From IMG/VR virus record IMGVR_UViG_3300010409_000003: a stretch of 64,000 bases of DNA; one strand, written 5' to 3'. Source of the DNA: a virus (lineage: Duplodnaviria > Heunggongvirae > Uroviricota > Caudoviricetes). How positions within the stretch are numbered: the stretch's first letter is position 1; each line of letters opens with the position of its first letter. This document shows positions 54,844-64,000 of the stretch, piece by piece. The position numbers and the translations under genes are program-made. The notes beneath the pieces are model-generated. The model saw only the letters and a program-made list of their open reading frames with translations, did no database searches and had not been told where the DNA came from.

Positions 54844-57177
54844 ATGTCAGGATTTTCAATAGCAGACTTCTTTGCTCAGTTAAGTATAAAAGCTGATACT
54901 AAAGAAGTTAAGAAAATAGAAGACTCATTGAATAAGATTAATAAATCTTTGAAGATGATAGGAGTTACTAGTGTAGCTCAAGCTAAGAAAGTAGATACTG
55001 TTTTTAAAGGGGAAGCCTTACGTAGACAACACTTACAAGTGAAAGGTCTACATGATGAACTAGAAAAAATGGGTAGCTCTTTAGTTGGCTTTAAGAACAG
55101 ACTAGTTGGTATCGATAAGCAATCTGAATTCGTTAAGATTAAGAATGACATTAAAGAAGCTAAACTAGAAGCTCAACGGTTTAAGAATGAACTTAAACTA
55201 AAGCATAACACTAATAGCATACTAGGTAAAGATAACATCTTTAAGAAGCCGGATGCTTTTAATGGTGCTAATGATAAAGGTAATAATGCTACTAGGATGT
55301 TCCAAGGAGGCGATGACTTCTGGGAAAGATCTGATAAAGGTAGACGTTTACTACATGACCTCAGTGAAGACCAAGTTGACCAATTAAGAGCATTAGCTGC
55401 CGAACAAGTTAAGATGAAGAAGTCGGTAACTGACGCTAATTTAGCTTTAAATACACAAGCTAAGAAGTTTAGGAAAATCAACGATACTATCCCTAAAGTT
55501 AATGCACAAATAACCTCATTAACTAGAGCACAGAATAGGCTAAAAGAATCAGCTAGGCAACTTGCATTATCAATGGTAGGTGCTTTCGCGGTATTCGAAG
55601 GTGTTAAGAGTATCAACAGAGTTGGTCAAGACTTTGAAGGTATGGAAGCTGCAATGTTGGCTTCTTCAGGTAGTTCTAAGTTAGCAGCTAAAGACTTAGC
55701 TTTTGTAGATGAACAAGCTGTACGATTAGGTTTAGACCTACGAGAGACCACAGATGCTTACTCTAAGTTGCAATTTGCAGCTAAAGGTAAAATGAGTAAA
55801 GGACAAACTAAAGAATTATTTACAGGTTTTAGTGAGTTTGCTACAGCCTTGAAAGTTAGTCCAGAACAACAGAAATCAGGGTTAAGAGCCTTGCAACAAA
55901 TGCTCAATAAAACTACGGTTATGAGCGAAGAATTAAAACAACAACTCGCTTAATGTTGGGCGCTTAGGGTAGGAAACTCCCTTAGAAGAATCTATTTAAT
56001 TGCTGGGACAACTTGTTAAGCTTAGTATACAATACTACATAGTGATATAGTAGCGACCTGTAAAAATTACTAGGATAGAGTTAATCAGCCTCCAATCTCC
56101 TTTAGAGGAGCAGGATCAACGACTAGAGGGCAACCTCGTACACTACAAGCTATTGGTAGTGGAAACAATAGACACCTAAACAAGTGATGTTGTAGGTGAT
56201 GATATAGTCTATTCTTACATGAGAATGTAAGCAGTTCATAAGGTTACTACCTTTGAGAACGAGTAACTTAGTAGCGTAAGTTATTGAATGCTAAGGAACA
56301 AGTACCCGGAAGTATACAAATATTCGCCAACGCTTTAAATGTTTCTGAAAAAGAATTATTTAAAATGATGGAACAAGGTACAATAGTATCCTCAGAGGTA
56401 CTACCTAAAGTAGCTAAAGAATTTGCCAAAGCCGCTAGAAGCGGTGGTGCATTAGCGGAAGCTTTGAATACAGTTAGGGTACAACAAGGTAGATTTCTAA
56501 CAGATACACAGAAAGCACAGAATACTATATTCACTAATGGTTTTGGAGAGGGGCTAGCTTCTGCTTACAAAACATTAAGTCAAGTATTGAAAGACTTAGA
56601 ACCAGTGTTGAAAGGTATAGGTCAAGGTTTTGGATTCTTATTCAGAACTTTAGCCGCAGGTATTAATATGATAACTGCACCTCTAAGATCTATAAAATTA
56701 CTTACAGACTTACTAATAGACTTAGATGAAGTGTCTAATACTTTCGCAGAGAATACCGTACCTAGAATGGTAGCCGCAGGTGCTTTATTGTTAACTGCTT
56801 GGGGGAGAGTACTAGCTAAGTTTTTAGCAGTAAAAGCAGTACTAGAGGAATTAGTAGCTCTTAGTTCTAAGAATATAGTAGGCCAAGTAGAACGTGATAT
56901 AGGAAGGGACATAGGTTTTGACTTAGGTGTAGGTGAAAGCACTAGGAGTGGTGATAACCCTTCTCTCAATAAAGAAGCCACTAGCTTTGATAATTACCTT
57001 CAATTTTATAACAGCGAAGATAGGTTTAGTGCTATGGATTGGTTAAAGGATAATGTACTAAATAGTATGGGTTCGGAGATAGTAATAAATCAACAACCTA
57101 CTATAGATGAATACGGCAGTGTCCATATTGAGAATACTGTACAACGTTCTATAGTCAATGGTCAAGCTCAGAGGTAA
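54844..57177 (+). CDS. tape measure protein, two exons (54844..55953 and about 56275..57177) separated by a putative group I intron
   Basis: Both ORFs are in the same reading frame. The first is Lys/Gln/Ala-rich helical. The second begins (L)NAKEQ...VSEKELFKMMEQGTIVSSEVLPKVAKEFAKAA, typical of a tape-measure interior. Confidence 0.6.
55954..56274 (+). ncRNA. putative ORF-less group I self-splicing intron in the tape-measure gene
   Basis: It starts UAAUGUUGGGCG immediately after an exon-terminal U (compare the T4 td intron, which starts UAAUUGAGGCC). The IGS GGCG can pair with exon CGCU. R-like UCAACGACUAGAGGG is at 56119. S-like GAUAUAGUCUAU is at 56204. It ends in G before an in-frame continuation. 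The 3' boundary is 56274 or 56280. Confidence 0.5.
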
Positions 57178-57179
57178 CA

Positions 57180-57749
57180 ATGGCAACTAAACATATATTA
57201 ACACTCGCTAATGGATTAATATTAGCTATTGATGCGACACAGGAGTTGACTGAAACTTTTAAATCCCAAGCTACAGATTTACCTACAGCTAATAGGGAAT
57301 CTGTTTCAGACCATTTTATAAAGAAAAATCCTACTTTTAACTTTTCAGGAGTTATTAGTGGTGTTTATAATCCAAGGTCTCCTAGTCTAAATACATCATC
57401 TATCCTCTCCCAGAATTTTAGAAATGTAGTACAACAAGGTAATATACTTACTTTCTATTCTGGTGACAGATCTTTTGATAATTGTCATGTAGATTCTGTA
57501 GTCCTTAAAAGAGATGTAGAAGTTGGTAAACTAGGTTGGCGTATAGCAGTAACTCTAACTCAGATTAAGATAGCTACGGGAGGTAGCGAGTCTGTAGTAG
57601 CCGTTAACTCTAATGTAACTGACCAAGCTTCTGATAAAAAGAATGTAGGCTCTAGTAGTACAAAAGATGTCAACCCTATTATAGAGTTAGAAGGTTTTGG
57701 TGTCTTTGGTGGTAAGAATGCTTACGGGTCTATTAGCGGTACAGGTTAA
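57180..57749 (+). CDS. putative tail/baseplate protein (DNA-circulation-protein position)
   Basis: 189 aa. Assignment by gene order. Confidence 0.35.
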   Translation: MATKHILTLANGLILAIDATQELTETFKSQATDLPTANRESVSDHFIKKNPTFNFSGVISGVYNPRSPSLNTSSILSQNFRNVVQQGNILTFYSGDRSFDNCHVDSVVLKRDVEVGKLGWRIAVTLTQIKIATGGSESVVAVNSNVTDQASDKKNVGSSSTKDVNPIIELEGFGVFGGKNAYGSISGTG

Positions 57750-57759
57750 GGATAATTAA

Positions 57760-58098
57760 ATGGCAATAGAAATTAGAACACCACAATCTGCTTGGACTTC
57801 TCAACAACTTACTATAGGTGGTGTAACACTTAACTTTGAGCTACGTTGGATGACTAGGGAAGAGGTTTGGGTAGCGGATATATTTGATACTAATGGTAAC
57901 TCAATACTAACAGGTATCGCCCTTACTATTAATCAATCTATAAACTTAAGTTACTATAGACCTCAATTACCAGAAGGAGACTTTTGGGTACTAAGGTTTG
58001 AAACTAAAGCTGATGATATTGATAGAGATAACTTAGGTACAGCCTTTAAGATTGTATTCCTCACAGAAGCGGAGAGTATTGATGCAGGTCTTAGGTAG
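57760..58098 (+). CDS. hypothetical tail protein
   Basis: 112-aa ORF. Confidence 0.4.
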   Translation: MAIEIRTPQSAWTSQQLTIGGVTLNFELRWMTREEVWVADIFDTNGNSILTGIALTINQSINLSYYRPQLPEGDFWVLRFETKADDIDRDNLGTAFKIVFLTEAESIDAGLR

Positions 58099-59149
58099 AA
58101 TATATGAGTTAGTTATTACTAATGCTACTAAGCAAACTGTGATTGAAGTCCCTGAGTTACTAGCACCCACTGATGACACAGAAACATTAGGTTCTTTTGG
58201 ATTATCATTACTATCTCCAACTGAGTCACAAGGTATAAGTGTTTATAGTACTTCCCCTCCTGATTCTAGAACTATACCCTTAGCAGATAAAACTAAGAGT
58301 AGAGTTTGGAATGGAGATTTAAAGTTACGAGCAACTGTAGAAAAGAATAACACTAATAGTAACACTAATAATGTGGAAATAGAATTATATAACCCGTCTA
58401 AAGAAGATTTATCTTTTGTCACAACTAAAGCTGATAAACGTTATATCTCGTTAAGAGGTGGTTATAAAACACTTAAAGATGGTGCTTTAGTTGATGAGTT
58501 TGATGCATTGCCTGAGATATTCACAGGGGATGTTATTGACATACGTAGTGAGAGACAGGGTGTTAATCTTGTTATGACTGTCGTAGCTAAAGATAGTGCA
58601 GCCTCTATACGTAAAGGTACGGTTAGTAAAAACTTCCCTAAAGGTACAGATAAGAAGACAGCTATAGAAGATATTGTAGGTTCTTGGGATGGTATTATAT
58701 TTACTAATAACTCTATTAGTCCAGAAGTAGAATTTACCTCAAGTAGTTTTACATCTTCATTTACTGCTTATGGGAACATAGGCTCTGTCTTAGATGAACT
58801 AACTAGAGATGAAGATATCGTATGGCATATAACTAACAACATATTCTACATGATAAGTAAATCAGAGCCTAAGCTAGCTAGACAGGTTACATTAAAACCT
58901 GAGAATATAATTAATGATATTAACAATATTCAACAATCTAACTTAAATGGTAAAACACCTCAAGGCTTAAAGTTTAGGACTTTCTTAGATGGCCTAATCA
59001 GTACCGACACTAAAATAGTCTTAAAAGACTTTGATACACTAGACCCCCAGAACCCCATAGATGGAGATTACAATGTTAGAACTATTAAACATGTTATGGA
59101 TACACATGGAGTTCCTTGGTATACAGAGTGTACGGTGGAGGCTAGATAA
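58082..59149 (+). CDS. putative baseplate hub / tail protein (Mu P / P2 D-like position); start trimmed to MQVLGR
   Basis: ORF track 58052..59149. Internal Met at 58082. Confidence 0.4.
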   Translation: MQVLGRIYELVITNATKQTVIEVPELLAPTDDTETLGSFGLSLLSPTESQGISVYSTSPPDSRTIPLADKTKSRVWNGDLKLRATVEKNNTNSNTNNVEIELYNPSKEDLSFVTTKADKRYISLRGGYKTLKDGALVDEFDALPEIFTGDVIDIRSERQGVNLVMTVVAKDSAASIRKGTVSKNFPKGTDKKTAIEDIVGSWDGIIFTNNSISPEVEFTSSSFTSSFTAYGNIGSVLDELTRDEDIVWHITNNIFYMISKSEPKLARQVTLKPENIINDINNIQQSNLNGKTPQGLKFRTFLDGLISTDTKIVLKDFDTLDPQNPIDGDYNVRTIKHVMDTHGVPWYTECTVEAR

Positions 59150-59802
59150 TGGCTTATGAATTTGACTTGTATGATATTACTAAGTCTCATGTGGATAAAC
59201 TAACTGACCAATTGTATACATCATTACCTGCTACTGTAACGGCATATTATGCTAAAAAACAGGCCGTAGACGTTACAATAGATATTAGGCAACCAAGTAC
59301 CTTAGATAGAGATGAAATGCCCTCTATGAGCCTTACAGAGGTTCCTGTAATCTTTCCTAGTGGGGGTAAAGGTATACTGAGCTTCCCCATCACGGCAGGA
59401 GATAAAGTGTTCTTATGCTTCTCTATGATGAGTCTTGATAAGTGGAAAGCTAATGGTGAAGGTGTATGTGGTGATAACCGTATGCACAGTAACAATGATG
59501 CGGTAGCTATAGCAGGTTTATTTAATTTAAGTAGTAACTTAGAACCTAACCCCGACGATGTAGAACTTAAGGCTTTTGGTTCAAAGGTTACATTAAAGAA
59601 ATCAGGGGATATAGAAGTAGTACCTTCAGGTAAGACAATTATAGATAGTGACGTAGAGATAACAGGTAACTTAGCCGTAGCAGGTAATACTGAATCTGAG
59701 GGTACATTAAAAGGTAATGTGGTTACTGATACTTCTACCGGTAATAAAGTAGGTACTCATGTACATCCAACTAACGGTGCTCCACCAACAGCAGGTACAT
59801 AA
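59149..59802 (+). CDS. baseplate spike protein (gpV-like)
   Basis: 217 aa located before gpW-like and gpJ-like genes. Confidence 0.45.
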   Translation: MAYEFDLYDITKSHVDKLTDQLYTSLPATVTAYYAKKQAVDVTIDIRQPSTLDRDEMPSMSLTEVPVIFPSGGKGILSFPITAGDKVFLCFSMMSLDKWKANGEGVCGDNRMHSNNDAVAIAGLFNLSSNLEPNPDDVELKAFGSKVTLKKSGDIEVVPSGKTIIDSDVEITGNLAVAGNTESEGTLKGNVVTDTSTGNKVGTHVHPTNGAPPTAGT

Positions 59803-60158
59803 TGGGCGATATATACTTAGATCCCTCAACAGGGGATATAGATTTTTCAACTAAGCAGCCAGTATTGATAACTGATAATGCAACTGCTGTTAGGCAGAGG
59901 TTACATATAAGACTAAACACTTTCCAAGGTGAGTGGTTCTATAACTCTGCTACAGGTGTTCCTTATTTCCAAGATATACTAGGTCAGCAGTTTGACCAAG
60001 ACATAATAGATAACACAATGAGGCGAACAATAATAGAAACAGAAGGTGTAGTTGAATTAACTTCCTACGAACCTTCATTCTCACGTTTAGCCAGAACTTA
60101 CAATATAACATTTACAGTAACTACCGAACAAGGTGATATTGTAACTGTAACTACTTAG
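59802..60158 (+). CDS. baseplate wedge protein (gpW / T4 gp25-like)
   Basis: 118 aa. GDIYLDPSTGDIDFS...LHIRLNTFQGEWFYNSATGVPYFQDILG matches the conserved gpW/gp25 family pattern. Confidence 0.65.
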   Translation: MGDIYLDPSTGDIDFSTKQPVLITDNATAVRQRLHIRLNTFQGEWFYNSATGVPYFQDILGQQFDQDIIDNTMRRTIIETEGVVELTSYEPSFSRLARTYNITFTVTTEQGDIVTVTT

Positions 60159-60166
60159 GATAACTA

Positions 60167-61738
60167 ATGGCAGGAGTAGACGAGAATGGCCTTACTATAA
60201 AGAGGCTTCCTGATATACTTAGTGAGTTCCAAGCAGCTATCAAAGCACAGTACGGGAATGATACTCCTGTAGATGCTAATAGTTTCTTCGGAATATTTAA
60301 TACTATTTACGGAGCTAGTGATGCTGAGGTATGGGAATTACTACAAACTTTAAACAATCAGTTTAGTCCTAACACAGCTTATGACAAGTGGTTAGACGAC
60401 ATAGCGGCTTACCTAAAAATAACAAGGTTACAACCTACAGCGAGTAAGGGTGAGTTATCTTTATTTGGCAATAGTGGTACTGTAATACCTGTTGGTACGG
60501 AATTTAGTGATTTAAATGGCGCTGTGTACCAATCAACAACAGAAGGCATCTTAGATACGGGTACTTCTAGAACGCCTATTGCTATCGGAACTACAAATGG
60601 GACAGGGATTACAGGGGAATCCTCTACCTTATATACTATCACTATCAACGGTGATACTTACAATGCCCAAACTTACTGGCCTAATGTACAATTAGAAGAT
60701 GTAGCTTTATCCTTTAAGAATTCTATAGGAGACCAACCTAATTATTATGTAGAGAGTTATACAGAACTTAATCCTGAATTTATTATAGGTGATAATCCTC
60801 CTGATGGAGGTAATAAAGGTACTATACTTAATATTATAAATAAGAATGCAGTAATCCCTATTACCATTACAACGGCAGTTACACAATCACCTATACCAGA
60901 ACATTACCAGTTTTCTATAGCATCTATACTTAAAAGTAACACTATTTCAACTTTCAGTGACTTTATAGAAGTAGAAGCAACCTTAGTAGGGTCTATAGAC
61001 ACACCTGTTAATACTCTAACTGCTATTGAAACTCCTGTAGTTGGCTTAGATTCTGTGTACAATCAAAACTCTATGGTAATAGGTCGTGACTTAGAAACAG
61101 ATGAAGAACTACGTGAAAGAATGAAGCAAGATGGGGCTATTAATAGTTACGCCACTGAACCTGCTATAAAAGCTAATCTTAGACAAGTAGAGGGCGTATC
61201 TTTTGTAGATATACAGGTTAATAAGAGTTATGTTACTGATACTGAAGGTAGACCTCCGAATAGCTATGAGTGTGTCGTTATAGGCGGTGACGAAGAAGAT
61301 ATTGCTAAGACTATATTAAATAGAGGTGCAGCAGGGATAGAGCCTCATGGTAACACCTCAGTTACTATAGATGACGATGATGGTAATCCACAAGTTATAA
61401 AGTTTTCTAGAGCAGTAGAAGAGTATATATGGTTGAAGTTGTATTACACTAAGAATACTGAGGAGGTTTTCCCTGACAATGGTACAGAACTTATGACTAC
61501 CTCAGCATTAGAATACGGAGAAGACCTCAACATAGGAGCTGATGTAATACCTAAGAGGTTCTTCGGTAGTGTTTACAGCTCTACTACAGGTATAGAAGAT
61601 CTAGTAATAAAAGTAGCTAAGTCGTCCGACCCAGTGGTAGAACCTGCTATAAGCGAATTTAGTGTAGAAAAAATAAGTATTCCTAGTGATAGTGTCTCTA
61701 GTTTTGCTGATTATAGGATAGAAGTGATAGAGGACTAA
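60167..61738 (+). CDS. baseplate protein J-like
   Basis: 523 aa, directly after the gpW-like gene. Confidence 0.5.
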   Translation: MAGVDENGLTIKRLPDILSEFQAAIKAQYGNDTPVDANSFFGIFNTIYGASDAEVWELLQTLNNQFSPNTAYDKWLDDIAAYLKITRLQPTASKGELSLFGNSGTVIPVGTEFSDLNGAVYQSTTEGILDTGTSRTPIAIGTTNGTGITGESSTLYTITINGDTYNAQTYWPNVQLEDVALSFKNSIGDQPNYYVESYTELNPEFIIGDNPPDGGNKGTILNIINKNAVIPITITTAVTQSPIPEHYQFSIASILKSNTISTFSDFIEVEATLVGSIDTPVNTLTAIETPVVGLDSVYNQNSMVIGRDLETDEELRERMKQDGAINSYATEPAIKANLRQVEGVSFVDIQVNKSYVTDTEGRPPNSYECVVIGGDEEDIAKTILNRGAAGIEPHGNTSVTIDDDDGNPQVIKFSRAVEEYIWLKLYYTKNTEEVFPDNGTELMTTSALEYGEDLNIGADVIPKRFFGSVYSSTTGIEDLVIKVAKSSDPVVEPAISEFSVEKISIPSDSVSSFADYRIEVIED

Positions 61739-61740
61739 TA

Positions 61741-62277
61741 ATGACAAAACCGACTAAACATGCAGAGTGGGCGCTTTTAGATAACACAGGTGCAGTAGAA
61801 GGACTCCCTAATAAAGAAGAGCCTGCCATTAACTACAAGAATTATGGTCAAGATGAGTATCAGATACTCCCACGACAATACATAAATTATATCCTCAGAC
61901 TTAATGACCAATGGAACAAATACTTTGAAGGTGAAATTGATACCCTTAATGATTTTAAAGATAAGAAAGGTTTTCTAGACGTTAGTGAAGTTTCTGTATT
62001 AACCCTTACAAAAGATTTATCTAATCGCTACTATATCTTTACAGGCACAGTAGTAACGCTAGGTAACGTAGTGTCTGTAGGTGGAGGTTCAGAAGAAATA
62101 GGTAGTACTATTAAAGTGAGAACTTCATCAGCCACTACAATATCTTTAGATGCAGGGGCTACATTAGTAGGATATTCAGGAAGCATACCTGCTGATAGGA
62201 CAGCAACATTCACCATAGAAGATATACCTAGTGGTACAGGAACTCAGTGGTCTTGTAGCATAAGTGCAGGAGCTTAA
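61741..62277 (+). CDS. baseplate / tail protein I-like
   Basis: 178 aa. Size and position match P2 gpI-like proteins. Confidence 0.4.
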   Translation: MTKPTKHAEWALLDNTGAVEGLPNKEEPAINYKNYGQDEYQILPRQYINYILRLNDQWNKYFEGEIDTLNDFKDKKGFLDVSEVSVLTLTKDLSNRYYIFTGTVVTLGNVVSVGGGSEEIGSTIKVRTSSATTISLDAGATLVGYSGSIPADRTATFTIEDIPSGTGTQWSCSISAGA

Positions 62278-62279
62278 TA

Positions 62280-62792
62280 ATGGATTTAGATTTCTTTTTT
62301 GAAGATGAAGAACAAACAATTTACAAAGTTAGACCTAACGATTACAAGATGCCAGAAGCAATACACGAAGTAGGTGAAGGTCTTATAAGCCTCCTAGAAG
62401 CCTCTGATAAGGTTTTTTCTTGTCGTATGTGGCAATGGTATGACATATACAAACAATGGCTTAAAAATGGTTCTGAGGGAGATATGTTTGAACAACCTAC
62501 CTTACAGGAAGCTACTGTAGAATTATCAAACCACTTTAGACAGTTATTTAAAGCTGTACGTACTGACTTAGTTCAAAACTCTACTGTAGAGATCGATGGT
62601 AAGACTTATGATGCAGATGAAGATAGTCAGCGAAGATTAATGGCAGCTATACTTTCAGCAGTGGACGACGAAGAGACAACTGTGTGGGTGTTACATGATA
62701 ATACCACTACGTATCTTAATAGACCACAACTTAAGTCAGTACTAAGAGCTTGTACGCTACAGATGTCTAGTATTTGGGTTCCAGAGGAGTAG
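62280..62792 (+). CDS. hypothetical tail protein (possible fibre assembly factor)
   Basis: 170-aa ORF. Confidence 0.35.
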   Translation: MDLDFFFEDEEQTIYKVRPNDYKMPEAIHEVGEGLISLLEASDKVFSCRMWQWYDIYKQWLKNGSEGDMFEQPTLQEATVELSNHFRQLFKAVRTDLVQNSTVEIDGKTYDADEDSQRRLMAAILSAVDDEETTVWVLHDNTTTYLNRPQLKSVLRACTLQMSSIWVPEE

Positions 62793-62797
62793 TAGAT

Positions 62798-64000
62798 GAC
62801 ACCTGTTATGGTTAACCATAAGCAACAAGGTTATAATAGATTGTTAGATATATTTAAAGATAGACCTAATATTAAATCTATGTTAGAAATATATCTAAAA
62901 CAGAATGATGATTTAGAGAGTGCTATATTTCAATTATTAGACTCTAGGCATTTATCCGACCTAGAATCTGTAGTAGGAGAACAATTAGATACTATAGGTT
63001 CTATAGTAGGTCAAGAAAGGATGGGACAGTTAGACGAGGATTATAGGAAGTCTATTTTGTTTAAGATAGGGGTTAATAACTCACAAGCTACTCCTAAATA
63101 CTTAACTACCCTACTTAAAGAAACTACAGAATCTACAGAAGTTAAATATTTTCCCCACTACCCTGCATCTTACATAGCAGAATTTAATGGTAACGAGATA
63201 CCTAATGACTTTTTATTAGAATTTCAAAAGGCCACAGCAGCAGGTGTTAACGCAGGTTTTATCCACAATAAGGATGATAATGGTTGGGTATGTTGTGAGG
63301 TAGGTAGTACATTACCAATAGCAGATAAAAGTATCTTACCTGAATATACAGCTATAGATGGTATAAGTGCTAGTGAAATATATATGGAGAATGTTAACCC
63401 TCCTGAAAGGGTGCCTACTCATGTTAAAGGTAGTAAATTAAGACAAGCATTTTCTATTACCTCCTACACGGGGAACAGCAGTGTTCCTCTAGAAATAGAC
63501 GTAGGTTTAGATTTAGAATCTACAGAGAGTATGCTGTTATGGTGGAGTGGTCAGAGTATAGGGTACGTAAATAACTACTCACCCCTATTTCCTATAGTAG
63601 GTAGTGGTACTGGGAGTTTTAGGAGATGGTATGGAGGTAACAGGATTCAAAGCTCTACAGACCTAACCTCTACGGGATTCTCAGAGCCAAGTAACGTCCC
63701 AGTCACATTCATAAACCAAACAGGTCAAGAATACTATGTAAACTCTTTAAAGTCTACCTCAGAAGTGTTGGAGATATTTGAGTATACAGGAGATGGGACT
63801 CTGTCTCAAACAGTAAGCCACAATCTCAATAAGAAACCACTTTATATGGCTATACAGCGAAAGAACCTAGATGGAGTAGTCTATTGGTTTAAAGGTATGG
63901 GTACTGATGAAGTATTCAACGATAGGTTTGATGTAACCGTAGGAGCTGTATTAGGAGGAACCTTACCAACATCAACTACTATAACTGTAGGAGATATTGG
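62798..64000 (+). CDS. tail fibre-like protein, partial (runs off the right edge)
   Basis: Manual find: ATG at 62798 after CCAGAGGAG, open to the window end (over 400 codons). It is absent from the ORF track because it has no stop. Confidence 0.5.

Noticed and set aside
1-64000. Integrase, excisionase, att sites, reverse transcriptase (retron/DGR) or Cas-like nuclease signatures
   Set aside because: No tyrosine/serine recombinase motifs, YxDD reverse-transcriptase boxes or template/variable repeat pairs were seen. The layout (T7-like replication genes, dedicated early and late blocks, many homing-type elements) looks like a virulent phage rather than a prophage.

Overview
AT-rich (about one-third GC by eye) segment of a virulent tailed-phage genome with a contractile tail of Mu/P2-like gene order. 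It is organised as four alternating transcription blocks. (1) Minus-strand replication genes at 1-6200: the N-terminal exonuclease domain of a PolA-type DNA polymerase running off the left edge, a T7 gp4-like primase-helicase, and small hypotheticals. (2) A plus-strand early block of small genes at 6800-17400. It includes a macro-domain protein, a pentapeptide-repeat protein, winged-HTH and Zn-ribbon proteins, and many strong SD sites. (3) A 1.85-kb ORF-free, repeat-dense region at 17420-19270 lying between two convergent terminators. (4) A minus-strand block at 19270-36870 carrying an AlkB-like gene split at a G6 run, an Rnl2-like RNA ligase, a Dda/RecD-like helicase, a GHKL-type ATPase next to a Dam methyltransferase, an HExxH peptidase, an ACP-like protein, and a lysis cassette (GH24 lysozyme, spanin/holin-like membrane protein, SPFH lipoprotein). 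(5) A plus-strand late block from 37547 to the right edge: fibre-like proteins, small and large terminase subunits, portal, scaffold, major capsid, Mu G-like morphogenesis protein, sheath, tube, a chaperone with a classic -1 frameshift site, tape measure, baseplate V/W/J/I-like proteins and fibre. The large terminase carries an intein with a LAGLIDADG endonuclease inserted in its P-loop. The tape-measure gene is split by what looks like an ORF-less group I intron. Beyond this standard content, two things stand out. First, two about 300-bp mutually inverted regulatory modules at 6305-6600 and 37150-37440 sit in both divergent promoter regions and bracket a 31-kb segment. They share palindromic TGTTGATAATCAACA-type operator-like sites, and a related perfect 12-N6-12 palindrome lies ahead of the packaging/structural operon. 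Second, the central ORF-free region has inverted iteron pairs, an array of about 20 TATAAG elements and a sharp strand-composition switch; it is a candidate origin, genome terminus or ncRNA locus. Several early and accessory genes look like anti-defence or RNA/DNA-repair candidates. All calls rest on reading the sequence and ORF translations by eye. No database search was possible.
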